Shown: positions 17,225 through 27,491, counted from the stretch's first letter. The stretch: 64,000 nt of DNA from Candidatus Thorarchaeota archaeon (GCA_029855935.1 JAGSHN010000012.1:160001-224000), one strand, 5' to 3'. Made by a program: numbers and translations. Notes: generated from the sequence alone by a model not told the origin.

Positions 17225-18562
17225 CTATGGTCTTCCCAGTACGACGACCTCTCGCTGTACGATCTGCCCCCTCTTTCTCTCGGGAAGCCTTGTTCTCTCG
17301 GGATGGATTGTCAGTCCGCCTCGTTTCCTCAGTAGAGGTCGAAGGGCCTGCTTTGGTAACATTCTGTACGTGATGAATGGGGTCCCCTCCAGCATCGAGT
17401 CGACATCGACCGACACGGTCTTGTCTCCGACGACTACTACGGGCAATGTCATTGCCACCCGTCCATTCTCGTGCAGGACATCGCCTGCTGCCCTCAGGAC
17501 ATCCCGGTAGAGTGATGTCAGTTCAGCAATCGTCTGTTGTGCCTCGTTCAGAGCAGGAGGAGTCGCAAAGACGGGACCGAGGGGCGGTTCGGTGGCTATC
17601 GCATGAACTGTTTCATCAATCAGCTGAGGCAGTTTCCTGGCATCTCCCCTTATCACTTTGAAAACAATCTGTTCACCGAGTTCTCGACCCAGCCACTTCA
17701 GGTTGGACCGAGCCCCGCGCACTGCGTCCCCGTCGATGTCTATGCCGACCGCTCTCATACCGAGCAGAGCCGCCTCCATCAGGATGGTCCCGGTGCCGCA
17801 GAATGGATCAAGTATTGTGTCCCCCGGGCGGGCTCCCGCCAGATTCAGAAGAGTCCTGCACAGCTTCGGGCTGGTCGTTATCTCTGCTGAAACATACGGG
17901 CGCGCCTCATCCCGGTATTGCTGGAGAAGGGAGTCATAGGCACTGAGGGTCTTCCCGACGTACATCTTCGTGTCCGTTATCCCGACAAGTATCTCCGCGT
18001 TCGGAGGCGAGAGAAGTCTATGACGCGCGATGGTCTGCGGCCATAGTGCTGTTGGAGTCTTGGTAGGATGCCGACGATCAGGCTGTGTGTAGAGATGGTA
18101 CGCCGCTCTCTTGGCCCCGGCCTCCAGGAGCCAGTCCTTGACAGCCTCGCTCAGCGCACGCGCTAGGCGGACGGCGTGAATGGTGTCGTCATTGGAGGCC
18201 GGGTAGACACTCACTGCGAACTCCACCCTCTGCCCATCCGGCGCAGGCCAGACCTGAGGGCACCACTGGCAAGAGAGGACTCGTTTCCGCTCGGTCTTTC
18301 GAGGACGCCGGTCTCGCGGATACGCTCTCTCCACTGCTCTCTTCTCCTCGGTGTGAATGACGACACCGACCTTGAAGCACCCACCTAGGGCAGACTGTAT
18401 CTCCATAACCTCGTGCTCGGGCAGCTCGGACATGTCCAGTATGGCCACGTGTCTCGACAGGTCTGTCACATGAGCTGTGATTCCTCTGTTATCAAGCAGT
18501 GCTATCAGTTCTGCAAGTGAGAGTATCCAGTTCTTGCCGAGGACGAAGATGTAGTCCGTCAC
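17225..18562 (-). CDS. tRNA m2G10 methyltransferase Trm11/TrmG10 family
   Basis: F.LGKN..LS.AE start, R...RPY......P.L.R.L.NLA, ILDPFCGTGTIL.EA, DAR.L, IATEPP.G. Confidence 0.82.
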   Translation of the reverse strand: MTDYIFVLGKNWILSLAELIALLDNRGITAHVTDLSRHVAILDMSELPEHEVMEIQSALGGCFKVGVVIHTEEKRAVERAYPRDRRPRKTERKRVLSCQWCPQVWPAPDGQRVEFAVSVYPASNDDTIHAVRLARALSEAVKDWLLEAGAKRAAYHLYTQPDRRHPTKTPTALWPQTIARHRLLSPPNAEILVGITDTKMYVGKTLSAYDSLLQQYRDEARPYVSAEITTSPKLCRTLLNLAGARPGDTILDPFCGTGTILMEAALLGMRAVGIDIDGDAVRGARSNLKWLGRELGEQIVFKVIRGDARKLPQLIDETVHAIATEPPLGPVFATPPALNEAQQTIAELTSLYRDVLRAAGDVLHENGRVAMTLPVVVVGDKTVSVDVDSMLEGTPFITYRMLPKQALRPLLRKRGGLTIHPERTRLPERKRGQIVQREVVVLGRP

Positions 18563-19395
18563 CGCTGTGCCTCCTCAAGTTCTTGGAGCAGGAACTTGGC
18601 ATACAGAGCTCCCCTTACCGGGGTGGGCGTTTCGGAGATGATTGTTGGTGAATAACCTCTCTCACGAATCACTTCAAGCAGTGGGAGGATATCGGGTCCC
18701 CAGCTCTCGCCGAGAGGACGATGCGCCCTCTCGCCAGCCTTTGTGTATGTGATTCCGCTCACGTGAAAGTGCATATTATCGACGAAGAGGTCTCCGAGTT
18801 CTCTCTCAAACATATCTATGACCCTGACAAAGTCCTGCTTACGCCGCAGTGCTCCCTGTGAGCGCGCATACAGATGGGCCCAGTCGATTGTCGGAATGCA
18901 CCCCTCCACCTCTGTGCACAGCATAAGAATCTCGTCGACGGAGCCAAAGGCATTCACCTTGCCAGCTACCTCCGGGGCAAGGAGCGCCCCACAGCGGCGA
19001 CCGTCAGCCTGTTGCCACACCTCCCTCAGTGCGTTGCGGATCACTCTGAAGGCCTCTCTCTTGTCAAGGCCTCCGTATCCCCCTGGGTGGAACACTACTC
19101 GCCTCACTCGCATCAGCGGTGCAAACGTCAGTGCCTTCACAAGGCGTTCCTTGGACCGCTCTCTAATCTCAGGCTTGCGAGAAGCGAGGCTGATGTAGTA
19201 GGCGCCGTGAACACTCATTGCGATGTCATGTCTCTCGGAGAGAGAACCAATCTCGCGAGCCCGCTCCTCTCCTAGTCTGAGTCCTCTAACGGCTGCATAC
19301 TCCAGTGCGTCAAGGCCAATCTCGCTGAGAATGGCGAATACTCTCTCCAGCTTGCCTCTCGCCTCGTCCGGGTATCCTGCGGGACCAAACCTCAC
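18559..19395 (-). CDS. nfo: endonuclease IV / AP endonuclease family 2 TIM barrel
   Basis: RFGPAG.P, H..YYI.L.S, VVFHPG, E..GK...FGS.DE, IDWAHL.AR, HFH.SGI.Y...GE..H, IISETP. Confidence 0.88.
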   Translation of the reverse strand: MRFGPAGYPDEARGKLERVFAILSEIGLDALEYAAVRGLRLGEERAREIGSLSERHDIAMSVHGAYYISLASRKPEIRERSKERLVKALTFAPLMRVRRVVFHPGGYGGLDKREAFRVIRNALREVWQQADGRRCGALLAPEVAGKVNAFGSVDEILMLCTEVEGCIPTIDWAHLYARSQGALRRKQDFVRVIDMFERELGDLFVDNMHFHVSGITYTKAGERAHRPLGESWGPDILPLLEVIRERGYSPTIISETPTPVRGALYAKFLLQELEEAQR

Positions 19396-19407
19396 TCTGG
19401 CCAGTGG

Positions 19408-19917
19408 CTACTCCTCCAATGTGAACTCCCATGAACAGTACGCGTCTTCAGGATGTTCGTCAGGCGGGCAGAACAGGCACCGCGTCTTGATTCTCGGGTC
19501 TATAGTCTTGGCAAACTCTGTGTACTCGATGATGCCCACTGACTTGCACGGAAAGTCCGGAAGGCCCTTTCTCTTTCTCGCCGTCTGCACCCTGCAGGTA
19601 TTCATCGTGAAGACAAGCCTGTTGGGCCCATCCCACTCTATGGACTGCTTGTTCAGTGACGCGTAGACCCTGTACTTGAGCGCCTGCTCAAGAGACTTCA
19701 GCCCGCCTCCCTCCTCGATACCGAACTCCCGCATTATTCGTCGCGCCTCAATGGGGGAGAATATTCGCCAGGCCTCGCGGTCCATCTCCATTGCTACATC
19801 CATTCCGTACTTCTTCTCCAGTGAGAGGAAGTAGGCACCGTCCATTGCCTGCCACGCCTTCGCATAGGCATCGATGATCTTCAGGAGCGTTTCTCGTGGA
19901 AGGTCTTCAAATGTCAT
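19408..19917 (-). CDS. DUF6125-like protein (V4R-related)
   Basis: AK.W.A.DG..F..LE..YG, C.VQ.AR.RKGL..FPCK.VG..EY..FA..IDPRI...C..CPPD.H.....C.WEF. Confidence 0.8.
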   Translation of the reverse strand: MTFEDLPRETLLKIIDAYAKAWQAMDGAYFLSLEKKYGMDVAMEMDREAWRIFSPIEARRIMREFGIEEGGGLKSLEQALKYRVYASLNKQSIEWDGPNRLVFTMNTCRVQTARKRKGLPDFPCKSVGIIEYTEFAKTIDPRIKTRCLFCPPDEHPEDAYCSWEFTLEE

Positions 19918-20101
19918 TGCGGTTCACAATATCTCGCTCCCTCTTCCTCTGCTTAATGCTTTGGGTTGCTCCACGCCCTCCCTCCGCACCGCCCCCGCTC
20001 GCACCGGACTCACGACAGATCTTCATCAGGGTGCCGGAAGTCTTTAATCAATGATGACCACCGTTGCCACGAACTGGACGGTGTTCCGAGGAGCGACGCG
20101 T

Positions 20102-21010
20102 ATGGAAGGCCGCAAGACTGACCCTAAGGCATTCTTCTCCATAATCCGGCCACAGAACTGTGTGATTGGTGCTCTCACGGTGATTGCCGGGATCGCCATT
20201 GCCTACCGTGTGAATCCTGTGGGTCTATTGGGTGACTATCTGTACAACTTCGTCTACGGATACCTGACATACTTCTTTGTGGCGGCCGGCGGGAATGTTG
20301 TGAACGATATATTCGACATCGAGGTGGATAGGATCAACCGGCCGCACAGGGCGCTGCCCAGTGGAAGGATGACTGTGCGCCAGGCTTGGGTATACGTCGT
20401 CTTCCTCAGCATCTTGGGGACATTCTTTGCCTGGCTGAACGGGCCCTATGGCTCACTCGTCGTCGTGATATTCCTCCTCGTGGGTTACGCCTACGCCTCC
20501 AAGGTCAAGGAACTCGGCATAGCAGGCAACTTTCTTGTTGCCTTCTCCTTCGCCTTCGGTGTCATCTATGGGTCTTTTGTCTACGGAGAGCTCGTGGGAT
20601 CTATTGTGATACCGGTTCCCACGTGGCTGTTCTTTATCACCGCATTCATGATTCTTCAGGCACGTGAGACCATCAAGGGGGCGGAGGATGTCGAGGGTGA
20701 TGCGCTGAGAGACGTGCGGACCGTGGCACGAGTCTATGGCCACAAGGTGGCCGCTGCTGTAGCCTTCGTCTTCAACTTGATAGGTGTGCTGTGCTATACA
20801 CTGATCTGGACCTTGGGCTTTGCAAGCTGGGACCTCTGGCCGCTGCTCGTGCTGGGTGACGTTGTCGTTCTCGGTGCGGCTATTGCCCCTCTGACAGGCT
20901 ATGACAGCAAGCGGTCGCTGCTCATTGGTAGTACCCTTGACAAGATTGGCGCACTGGTGGGCCTCATCGCCTTTGTCATCATCCCCCTCTACGGCATAGC
21001 CCTATTCTAG
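20102..21010 (+). CDS. digeranylgeranylglyceryl phosphate synthase (UbiA family)
   Basis: IRP.NC, GNVVNDIFDIEVDRINRPHR.LPSG, GN..VA, RE.IK..ED.EGD, multiple TMs. Confidence 0.9.
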   Translation: MEGRKTDPKAFFSIIRPQNCVIGALTVIAGIAIAYRVNPVGLLGDYLYNFVYGYLTYFFVAAGGNVVNDIFDIEVDRINRPHRALPSGRMTVRQAWVYVVFLSILGTFFAWLNGPYGSLVVVIFLLVGYAYASKVKELGIAGNFLVAFSFAFGVIYGSFVYGELVGSIVIPVPTWLFFITAFMILQARETIKGAEDVEGDALRDVRTVARVYGHKVAAAVAFVFNLIGVLCYTLIWTLGFASWDLWPLLVLGDVVVLGAAIAPLTGYDSKRSLLIGSTLDKIGALVGLIAFVIIPLYGIALF

Positions 21011-21020
21011 TTCCTCTACG

Positions 21021-21827
21021 TCAGTGCACCTGCCAGAATGTCCACATCAGGACAGTCATACATGCCAGCGCCATCACGAAGGCCCACAGTGTGGAGGTAT
21101 TGTGCGCCTCTCTGATGCCAAATATCAGCAGGAACCCCACCCAGGCAAATGACGCGGCCGTCATATAGTCGAGAATGGTCCAATATGGTGCGTCATAGAT
21201 TGCAGTCACAAGCGCTACGAGATTGGTGGTCCCGGTCAGGTCAAATGGGGCCGCCATAACGGCGACGATGGCGAGACCGACCAGTCGTACCAAGACAATG
21301 GGCATGATGCTGTACCCGACAATGGACATAGTCTTCAGCCTGTTTCCAACGCCGCCCATTATCTTGAAGGCCAGATGTGCAAATGCGCTGCCAAGGATGA
21401 AGTAGACAATCCCCATCATGATATTGCCGATGAGCAGCCCGAGTGCACCGAGGTAGAATGTGGCGCCCAGGTCCGTGTTCAAGATGGAGGTCTGCACTGG
21501 TGTCCCGTCGATAATGACTGTGGTCGTGAACTTGGACGAGATGAGCAGGAAGTAGCCTGTCACAATCAGCGCGTTGATCAATATCAACAGTACCGGCCCT
21601 GCTGTGTCCGGTCGCCGTCCTATGTCGCGAAAGGTGGGGCCCGGCCTCCTGATGGTCCCCCACAGTCGCTCTACGGGGCTCAGGAATCGCACATCGGGCG
21701 ACTCAGGCCTCTTCAGCAACGGTAGGAGTCTCTCAAGGGTCTCCTCCCCTATCTCCTCTTTGCACACCGGACAGGTTGTTGCATCTGACGGTACTGGACT
21801 ATCACAGAACGGGCAACGTCGGACCAT
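21021..21827 (-). CDS. zinc-ribbon + Yip1 domain membrane protein
   Basis: CPFC-x10-CPVC, then ...P..TF..I, H...K..GG.G.....T.S..GYS..P, GI..AH..S...A; about 5 TMs. Confidence 0.8.
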   Translation of the reverse strand: MVRRCPFCDSPVPSDATTCPVCKEEIGEETLERLLPLLKRPESPDVRFLSPVERLWGTIRRPGPTFRDIGRRPDTAGPVLLILINALIVTGYFLLISSKFTTTVIIDGTPVQTSILNTDLGATFYLGALGLLIGNIMMGIVYFILGSAFAHLAFKIMGGVGNRLKTMSIVGYSIMPIVLVRLVGLAIVAVMAAPFDLTGTTNLVALVTAIYDAPYWTILDYMTAASFAWVGFLLIFGIREAHNTSTLWAFVMALACMTVLMWTFWQVH

Positions 21828-21966
21828 AGAGGGGACTCCCTACGGTTGTTTTATGGACCACTGGGGTGATGGCAGGGAGTCTATGTATTTAACTCATTTT
21901 GGACGGGACCCATTCCATTCTCCGTGACGCTCAAGATATCGCGTTCGGCCCCACTGTTGTGATGAC

Positions 21967-22623
21967 TCACCACATTCCGAAGTGCTTGAACAGCGGGGTC
22001 CTGTAGACAACCACGAAGGGCACGAGAGCGTCCCAGAATCCCTGTACTATGTTGAGCACCACAGTGTACTGCACTATGAAGCTGATGTCATTGAAGCCCA
22101 TCAACAGCGGGACAAGAACGATGTTGATAGGGACCATCAGTGCCAGTCGGACGACCAGTGCAAGTATCATCAGCAGTGCATATACAGCACCATTTGATAG
22201 TCTCTCACCACCACCATCAGTCCCAGCTCTAAGCTTGACATACAGCATCGGCACTATCATCATCGGGAGTGTCGCTGCCAGCTTGAAGAGAGGACCGACG
22301 AGCGTGGGGTCGGTCAGGAGCAAGGCGAAGGTCCCAGCCAGTGCGGCGGTCAGGCCGACATAGGGCCCACCGATGAGGAAGGCTGCAATCCAGAATAGCG
22401 AAACGGGATCAAATAGGGCAATCCCCCAGCTCAGTCTCGGCAGGAACGCAGCCACAGGCGATACTGCGACCGAGAGTGCTGCGAGTTCCGCTGCGGTGGC
22501 GACTTTCATGGTCAGGGTTCGACCACTCGCACTCGCCACGGGGGTGAGTTCAGTTCTATCAGTCTGAACACCATTGGGCGGATCGGATCCAGAATTGTCA
22601 CTCTTCATATGCTCAGGCGTCAC
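21967..22623 (-). CDS. ECF transporter S component-like membrane protein
   Basis: A..AAL...V, FDP.S...I.AFLIGGP..G, about 6 TMs, ending V..N...G. Confidence 0.7.
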   Translation of the reverse strand: MTPEHMKSDNSGSDPPNGVQTDRTELTPVASASGRTLTMKVATAAELAALSVAVSPVAAFLPRLSWGIALFDPVSLFWIAAFLIGGPYVGLTAALAGTFALLLTDPTLVGPLFKLAATLPMMIVPMLYVKLRAGTDGGGERLSNGAVYALLMILALVVRLALMVPINIVLVPLLMGFNDISFIVQYTVVLNIVQGFWDALVPFVVVYRTPLFKHFGMW

Positions 22624-22677
22624 GGTGCCCCTTATAAATGCTACTCAAGAGAGAGGAATTACTCAGTTCTGAGTAAA

Positions 22678-23256
22678 TCATTCTTGCGACCGCTGGGCCT
22701 CTCGTAGCCGCGCCCGAGTCAGCATCTGGAGGAGCCTGCGGGTGGGTTCGAGCCAGTTCGGATTGATTCTCCACTCGGCCCACTCGATTCCGGAGGACGG
22801 AGGTGTCCGGCTGAGTATCAGTTTCGCCGAGACAAGATCGTTCAGTCCTGACAGTATGGTACCGATGGTCACGGCACCAAGAATTGGCCGTGCCTGTCTG
22901 GCCACCCGGAGCAGGTCCGAGGTCGTGACCCATCCACCGTCCTCAATCAAGAGCCTAAGAAGTCTGGACCTCACGGGATCCGATTCAAGAATGCCCTTCA
23001 GTGGTGCAAGGTTGACCGCTCGCAAGCGTGCAGCCTGCTCCTCAGGGTCTATCCAGGGTCCCTGCCCCGTGAACCGGCTCCCCGCCATCTCTCTGCTGGG
23101 GGTCCGCTGGTCATAGTGATCCCGAAACGGTCCAGCAGGTTGGTCAACAGAAGAAGACAGTTGCCGGCGCGCTTCTCCAGAGGGATGTTCAGACAGAGAG
23201 TGTATGTCTCTCTGGGGGTGGTCTTCAAATTCCTTGAACGGTGGTCGAGGGTCCAC
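22678..23256 (-). CDS. hypothetical protein with probable C-terminal winged helix
   Basis: Disordered N-terminus, then R..LL..L....GW.T..DL...AR....G.VTIG..L and an EWRINP wing. Confidence 0.6.
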   Translation of the reverse strand: MDPRPPFKEFEDHPQRDIHSLSEHPSGEARRQLSSSVDQPAGPFRDHYDQRTPSREMAGSRFTGQGPWIDPEEQAARLRAVNLAPLKGILESDPVRSRLLRLLIEDGGWVTTSDLLRVARQARPILGAVTIGTILSGLNDLVSAKLILSRTPPSSGIEWAEWRINPNWLEPTRRLLQMLTRARLREAQRSQE

Positions 23257-23378
23257 TGCACTTCACTCTCACATAGAGTTCGTCGTCACATCCTTTTCAA
23301 GTCCAGTATTATGACGGGTGTGCAAGGCCATTGCACAACCCTTATACACGGATTGTATCGATTGTATTCCGGTGAGTC

Positions 23379-23756
23379 ATGACTACGCACGATCCGCTGG
23401 ACGGGATATTCTCACGTGGGTTCGACAAGCCGTCCGACTTCCTGTGTTGCGCGTGTGGGCTTAGGACGACCGAGATTGACACTTACTTTGCTCTGCTCTC
23501 TGGAGAGAAAACGGTAGAGGAGATACGGGAGATCATCAACAGAGACCGCACCACTGTTCAGCGGGTGCTGAGTCGTCTGTACAAGAAGGGGCTGGTCGTT
23601 CGTGAGGCCCGTACCTTTCCACGCGGCGGATACTACTACGTCTATCGTGCGGTTTCCACCAAGGACGTGAAGCGACGCATCTTGGAGCAACTGGAGCGCT
23701 GGTATCAGGAGACGAAAAGGTTCTTAATGGAGTCGTGGCCGGACCCGCCCGAATAG
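23379..23756 (+). CDS. TrmB-like HTH transcriptional regulator
   Basis: C..GL...E...Y..LL....TVEEI...I.RDRTTVQR.L..L...GLV.R......GGY.YVY. Confidence 0.88.
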   Translation: MTTHDPLDGIFSRGFDKPSDFLCCACGLRTTEIDTYFALLSGEKTVEEIREIINRDRTTVQRVLSRLYKKGLVVREARTFPRGGYYYVYRAVSTKDVKRRILEQLERWYQETKRFLMESWPDPPE

Positions 23757-23781
23757 TACATCCAAGTGGGGTACGACTGAG

Positions 23782-24354
23782 ATGGAATCGATTCCCGTCC
23801 AAAAGAGCAATGTCGTCTGGCTGGCAACTCTGTCCATGGTGGCAGCGCTTGGCGCAGTGTTCAGGCTCTTCGTCCGAATACCTGTCATTCCCGATTGGGT
23901 GGAGCTCACACCAGCCTTCACGTTCTCCGAGCTTGGAGGAGTCATCGGTGGGATTCCGGGTGGGATCTTTGTCGGTGCGGTTGTCGGAGTGGCCGGAGCA
24001 ATGGCTGGTGGCGAGGTCCCGCTGTTGCCAGCAATTGGTAACATCTGCCTTGGGATAGGCACTGGGTACGCGATTCACGTGACTCGTGAGCGTGACAGCG
24101 TTCTATACTGGGTGCTTGCAATAGTTGGCGGTGCGTTCATTGGCGGATTTATACCCACGCTGACTATCTTCGGTGGATTCTCACTGTCTCTTGAGGCGTC
24201 GATAGTCCCCGCGACCATCGATGGCTTGCAGGCCGCTCTGTGGGCATTTGTCGCTCTTGTGTTGGAGCGGACGGTGGTGCGCCCGATTGCTGGTGTCTAC
24301 CTCTACCCAAATGTTGAAGGTCAGAGTCCGTCGTCTGAAACGACGGAGGAATAG
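23782..24354 (+). CDS. ECF transporter S component-like membrane protein
   Basis: AAL..V......IP, GG..GG..GG..VG, about 5-6 TMs. Confidence 0.7.
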   Translation: MESIPVQKSNVVWLATLSMVAALGAVFRLFVRIPVIPDWVELTPAFTFSELGGVIGGIPGGIFVGAVVGVAGAMAGGEVPLLPAIGNICLGIGTGYAIHVTRERDSVLYWVLAIVGGAFIGGFIPTLTIFGGFSLSLEASIVPATIDGLQAALWAFVALVLERTVVRPIAGVYLYPNVEGQSPSSETTEE

Positions 24355-24356
24355 GC

Positions 24357-25007
24357 TTGACTGGCAAGACGATCACGATAGATGTGAGGCAGGACCTCTT
24401 CGGTGCTAACGAGGAGGCGGCTGCTATCAATGCGGCAGTCTTCCGTGAGCACGGCAACCGGGTGTTCGACATAATGGGCTCCGTGGGCACCGGGAAGACC
24501 CTGCTCATCGAGTCCCTGTGCGAGCGTCTTGGTGACAAGTATCGCATTCTGATGGTCGCAGGCGACCTTGCAACCTCGATCGATGCTGACAGGGTGGCGC
24601 AGCACGGCGTCGACACGCTCCAGATCAACACACAGACTGCGTGTCATCTCGATGCAAGAATGGTGCGGGTGGCCCTGAGGGATGTCGACCTGTCAAAGTA
24701 CGATGTCATCTTCATAGAGAACGTGGGGAACTTGATCTGTCCGGCAGGGTACCCTCTCGGCGCAGAGAAGAAGATAGTCATTGTCAGTCTCACTGAGGGC
24801 CCCTACATGATTCGAAAGCATCCGCTGACAATCAAACGATGCGACGCAGTGGTCATCAACAAGATCGACCTTGCGGAGGCTCTTGAGATTGATGTTGATG
24901 CAATCGAACGCGACATTCGAGAGATTGACGCGAAGATACCTGTCGTCAGGGTCAGTGCGAAGACTGGCACGGGTATTGACGACCTCATTCAGGTACTCGG
25001 TCTGTAA
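24357..25007 (+). CDS. hypB: hydrogenase nickel incorporation GTPase HypB
   Basis: MGS.GTGKT.LIE, GD.....DA.R, QINT...CHLDA, ENVGNLICPA.Y.LG, S.TEG.....KHP, NKIDL, SAKTG.G. Confidence 0.95.
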   Translation: MTGKTITIDVRQDLFGANEEAAAINAAVFREHGNRVFDIMGSVGTGKTLLIESLCERLGDKYRILMVAGDLATSIDADRVAQHGVDTLQINTQTACHLDARMVRVALRDVDLSKYDVIFIENVGNLICPAGYPLGAEKKIVIVSLTEGPYMIRKHPLTIKRCDAVVINKIDLAEALEIDVDAIERDIREIDAKIPVVRVSAKTGTGIDDLIQVLGL

Positions 25008-25009
25008 CC

Positions 25010-25696
25010 CTATCTCTGTGACTCGGACCTCAATCTTGCCAGAAGGTGATCCCTGACTCCCTCTATGTGCCCTGCACCGAGAACCGCAACTATCTTGCCC
25101 TTGACATCTCCTAGAATTGACTCCAGTGCCCGTGCTACATATTCGTCGCGCTGGTCTATCAGTGCGTCCGTGATTGCGGGGAACTCGCTGCGAAACTGTG
25201 CCATCATCTCGGCCACGCCCTCCTCTGTCTTCAGGGAGTCCACGTACTCCTTGGCCTCTCCTGAGGCGACCTCTTGTGCGGTCTCGGGTATCAGATTCAT
25301 CAGTCTGTAGATCTCGTCCAATGGGACCTTCATCAATGCCCTCATGGTCTCCCTAATGGGCCTGTCAACGAGTGCTATCTTCGCCCCGATTCTCCGGCCC
25401 TCCTCGATGGCTGCAAGCATCTCTGCTCCAACGCCCGAACCCATCTGATTGCCGAGGGCCAACTCAAGGCTGGCAATCTGCTGCATCAGGTTCTCGATTG
25501 GATCGCCGGACGACACAAACTCTGTCAGGTCCACTCGCCCGCCATCCCTCACCTGTTCGTACCTCTCTCTATCGAGCTCAACTGCCACGACCTCGGGTCT
25601 CTCGTTTCGGACTATCTCGCGTACCCGCTCTATGCTCTCAGTATCCGTATGAATCACAGGAACGAATATTATTCGCTCGATATCTTTCTCTGTCAT
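25010..25696 (-). CDS. TraB/PrgY family protein
   Basis: H....S.E.V..I.....P.VVAVELD..R, G.EM..AI......GA.I.L.DR.I..T, LID.RD, V.V.GAGH..G. Confidence 0.88.
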   Translation of the reverse strand: MTEKDIERIIFVPVIHTDTESIERVREIVRNERPEVVAVELDRERYEQVRDGGRVDLTEFVSSGDPIENLMQQIASLELALGNQMGSGVGAEMLAAIEEGRRIGAKIALVDRPIRETMRALMKVPLDEIYRLMNLIPETAQEVASGEAKEYVDSLKTEEGVAEMMAQFRSEFPAITDALIDQRDEYVARALESILGDVKGKIVAVLGAGHIEGVRDHLLARLRSESQR

Positions 25697-25841
25697 CGCT
25701 GGCGGGAGAGACACACAACCATCTTAACTTGTTTTCCACAGATGAGCCCTATCACTGGGCGGTGCAGCTGGTTGCAGCCCAGCATGAGCGTTACAAAGCT
25801 TTTTCACGAACGCGTCCAGTATCACGTCCGGTTGAGAAAAG

Positions 25842-26198
25842 ATGTGGCCAGACATGGACGTGGCTTTCTCAAAACTGATGAATCCAAGGATGCGTGTGGG
25901 CATCACCGTTCTTCAGACGCTGCTGACTCAGCTTCACGGTCCTCCGGTGCCCCCGAAGGAGGTCCGTGATCAGCTGAGAGAGATGTTTGGAGAGACTAGG
26001 ATATCGAAGCAATCAATCACAAATGCAGCTAGGCGGCTCTACGAACTTCATCTGCTTGAGCGACCCCAGGAGGGAGGCTATTCGGTCCGCTACGGCTATC
26101 TCATCGCTATATTGGTGGGTGCCATGATGGACTTGGTGAAACGTGTCGAGTCCCTTGAGGACGAGATAGAGAGTCTACGTCGGCCACGACAGCCCTGA
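25842..26198 (+). CDS. hypothetical winged-helix + coiled-coil protein
   Basis: SKQSI..AA.RL.E..LLE...GGY.V wing and a C-terminal heptad segment. Confidence 0.6.
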   Translation: MWPDMDVAFSKLMNPRMRVGITVLQTLLTQLHGPPVPPKEVRDQLREMFGETRISKQSITNAARRLYELHLLERPQEGGYSVRYGYLIAILVGAMMDLVKRVESLEDEIESLRRPRQP

Positions 26199-27380
26199 CT
26201 ATGCCGGAATGGTCGTTGAGATATCGTCGAGGTCGTTGAAGAAGGCGTTGATGGCACCCTCTTTGACGTGAGGCATTATCACCAGCCTGAGCGTGGGCGG
26301 CAGCGGCGATGTGGCCAGCCTCCATCCGCGAGCCTCCATCCTCTCGACTATGTCATCAAGAGGGACCTCCCTGCTCTCTATTCCAACAATGTTCATCACG
26401 GGGCTGATGGCCAAGTCCAGCAACGGGTTCTGTTCGACTCTGTTGACAACGTGATCGGTCCGCTTCATGCATGTTTCAACGACCTTGCGATATCCCTCTC
26501 TTCCCAGATGTTTCATTATGGCCCAGGCTGCAATGATAGGTGCTGCGGGTCGTGTTCCGAGGATCGACACCTGGACGGCACTCTCCCCTCTGAGATAAGG
26601 CACGGTCTTTGTGATGCGCCGAACGTAGCCCTTGTTGCGGAAGATGATGGCGCCTGCTGGGATTGGTGCCAGCCCCATCTTGTGAGGGTCAACACTGACG
26701 CTTGTCACACCGTCGACCTCGAACGCGAATCTGTAGTCACCTCTTCCGAGATCATTTAGAAATGGAATGACAAAGCCGCCGAAGGCAGCATCGATGTGCA
26801 GCGGAAGCCGATGGTCCTTGGCAATCTCGGCAATCTCCTCTATCGGGTCTATCTGGCCAAGATAGGTTGTCCCGGCAGTCAGCACGATACCGACAGTGTT
26901 CTCGTTGATCTTCCTCTCGATGTCCTTGGGTACCGCTCGGTATTCCCTGTCAACGCGTGTTCGGACTACCTTGACCCCAAGCAGCCATCCCGCCTTGTCG
27001 ATGGACGAGTGGGCTGTCCTCGGAGCGACTACCTCGGGCCGTTCGACCCTCCGTCTCGCCTTCTCTCTCGCGGCGAGTATTGCAAGGATGTTGGACTCGG
27101 TGCCTCCCGAGGTCGTCGTACCGTAGGCCTCGCCCCTGAGATTGAGGAGGTCGGCTATCATCCTTAGTAGCTCCTGCTCAATGCGCGCCGATCCCTGAAA
27201 CGTATGAAGGCGCCCAGCATTCTTCTCGAGGGTTCTTGAGAACACCTCCACTCCTAGGCTGTGCGGTATCGTGGACATTGATGCCACAGGATGACCGCTG
27301 CTGTACGTGCTGTCTGCTCTCAGCAATGCATCAAGCTCTTCCAGCACCTCGGTCCGATTCTGACCCTTCTCTTCGAACAT
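26199..27380 (-). CDS. mfnA: tyrosine/aspartate decarboxylase (group II PLP)
   Basis: SM.T.PH, TSGGTESNI.A, AGTT..GQIDPI, LH.DAAFGGFV.PF, SVDPHKMGL.PIP.G, GTR, R.VIMPHV. Confidence 0.9.
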   Translation of the reverse strand: MFEEKGQNRTEVLEELDALLRADSTYSSGHPVASMSTIPHSLGVEVFSRTLEKNAGRLHTFQGSARIEQELLRMIADLLNLRGEAYGTTTSGGTESNILAILAAREKARRRVERPEVVAPRTAHSSIDKAGWLLGVKVVRTRVDREYRAVPKDIERKINENTVGIVLTAGTTYLGQIDPIEEIAEIAKDHRLPLHIDAAFGGFVIPFLNDLGRGDYRFAFEVDGVTSVSVDPHKMGLAPIPAGAIIFRNKGYVRRITKTVPYLRGESAVQVSILGTRPAAPIIAAWAIMKHLGREGYRKVVETCMKRTDHVVNRVEQNPLLDLAISPVMNIVGIESREVPLDDIVERMEARGWRLATSPLPPTLRLVIMPHVKEGAINAFFNDLDDISTTIPA

Positions 27381-27491
27381 TGTCTATGCTCCGTGGGCTG
27401 GCCAGCTGTCTGGCGCGAGTTCTCTGTATTCTCTGGTATAATCATTGTGGCCATTACGACGCAACAGTGACAGCACGTGAGAATGAGAATA

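Noticed and set aside
26199-27380. mfnA as evidence of methanofuran synthesis or methanogenesis
   Set aside because: Homologues also act as aspartate decarboxylase for CoA synthesis in non-methanogens, and no other mfn or mcr genes are present here.
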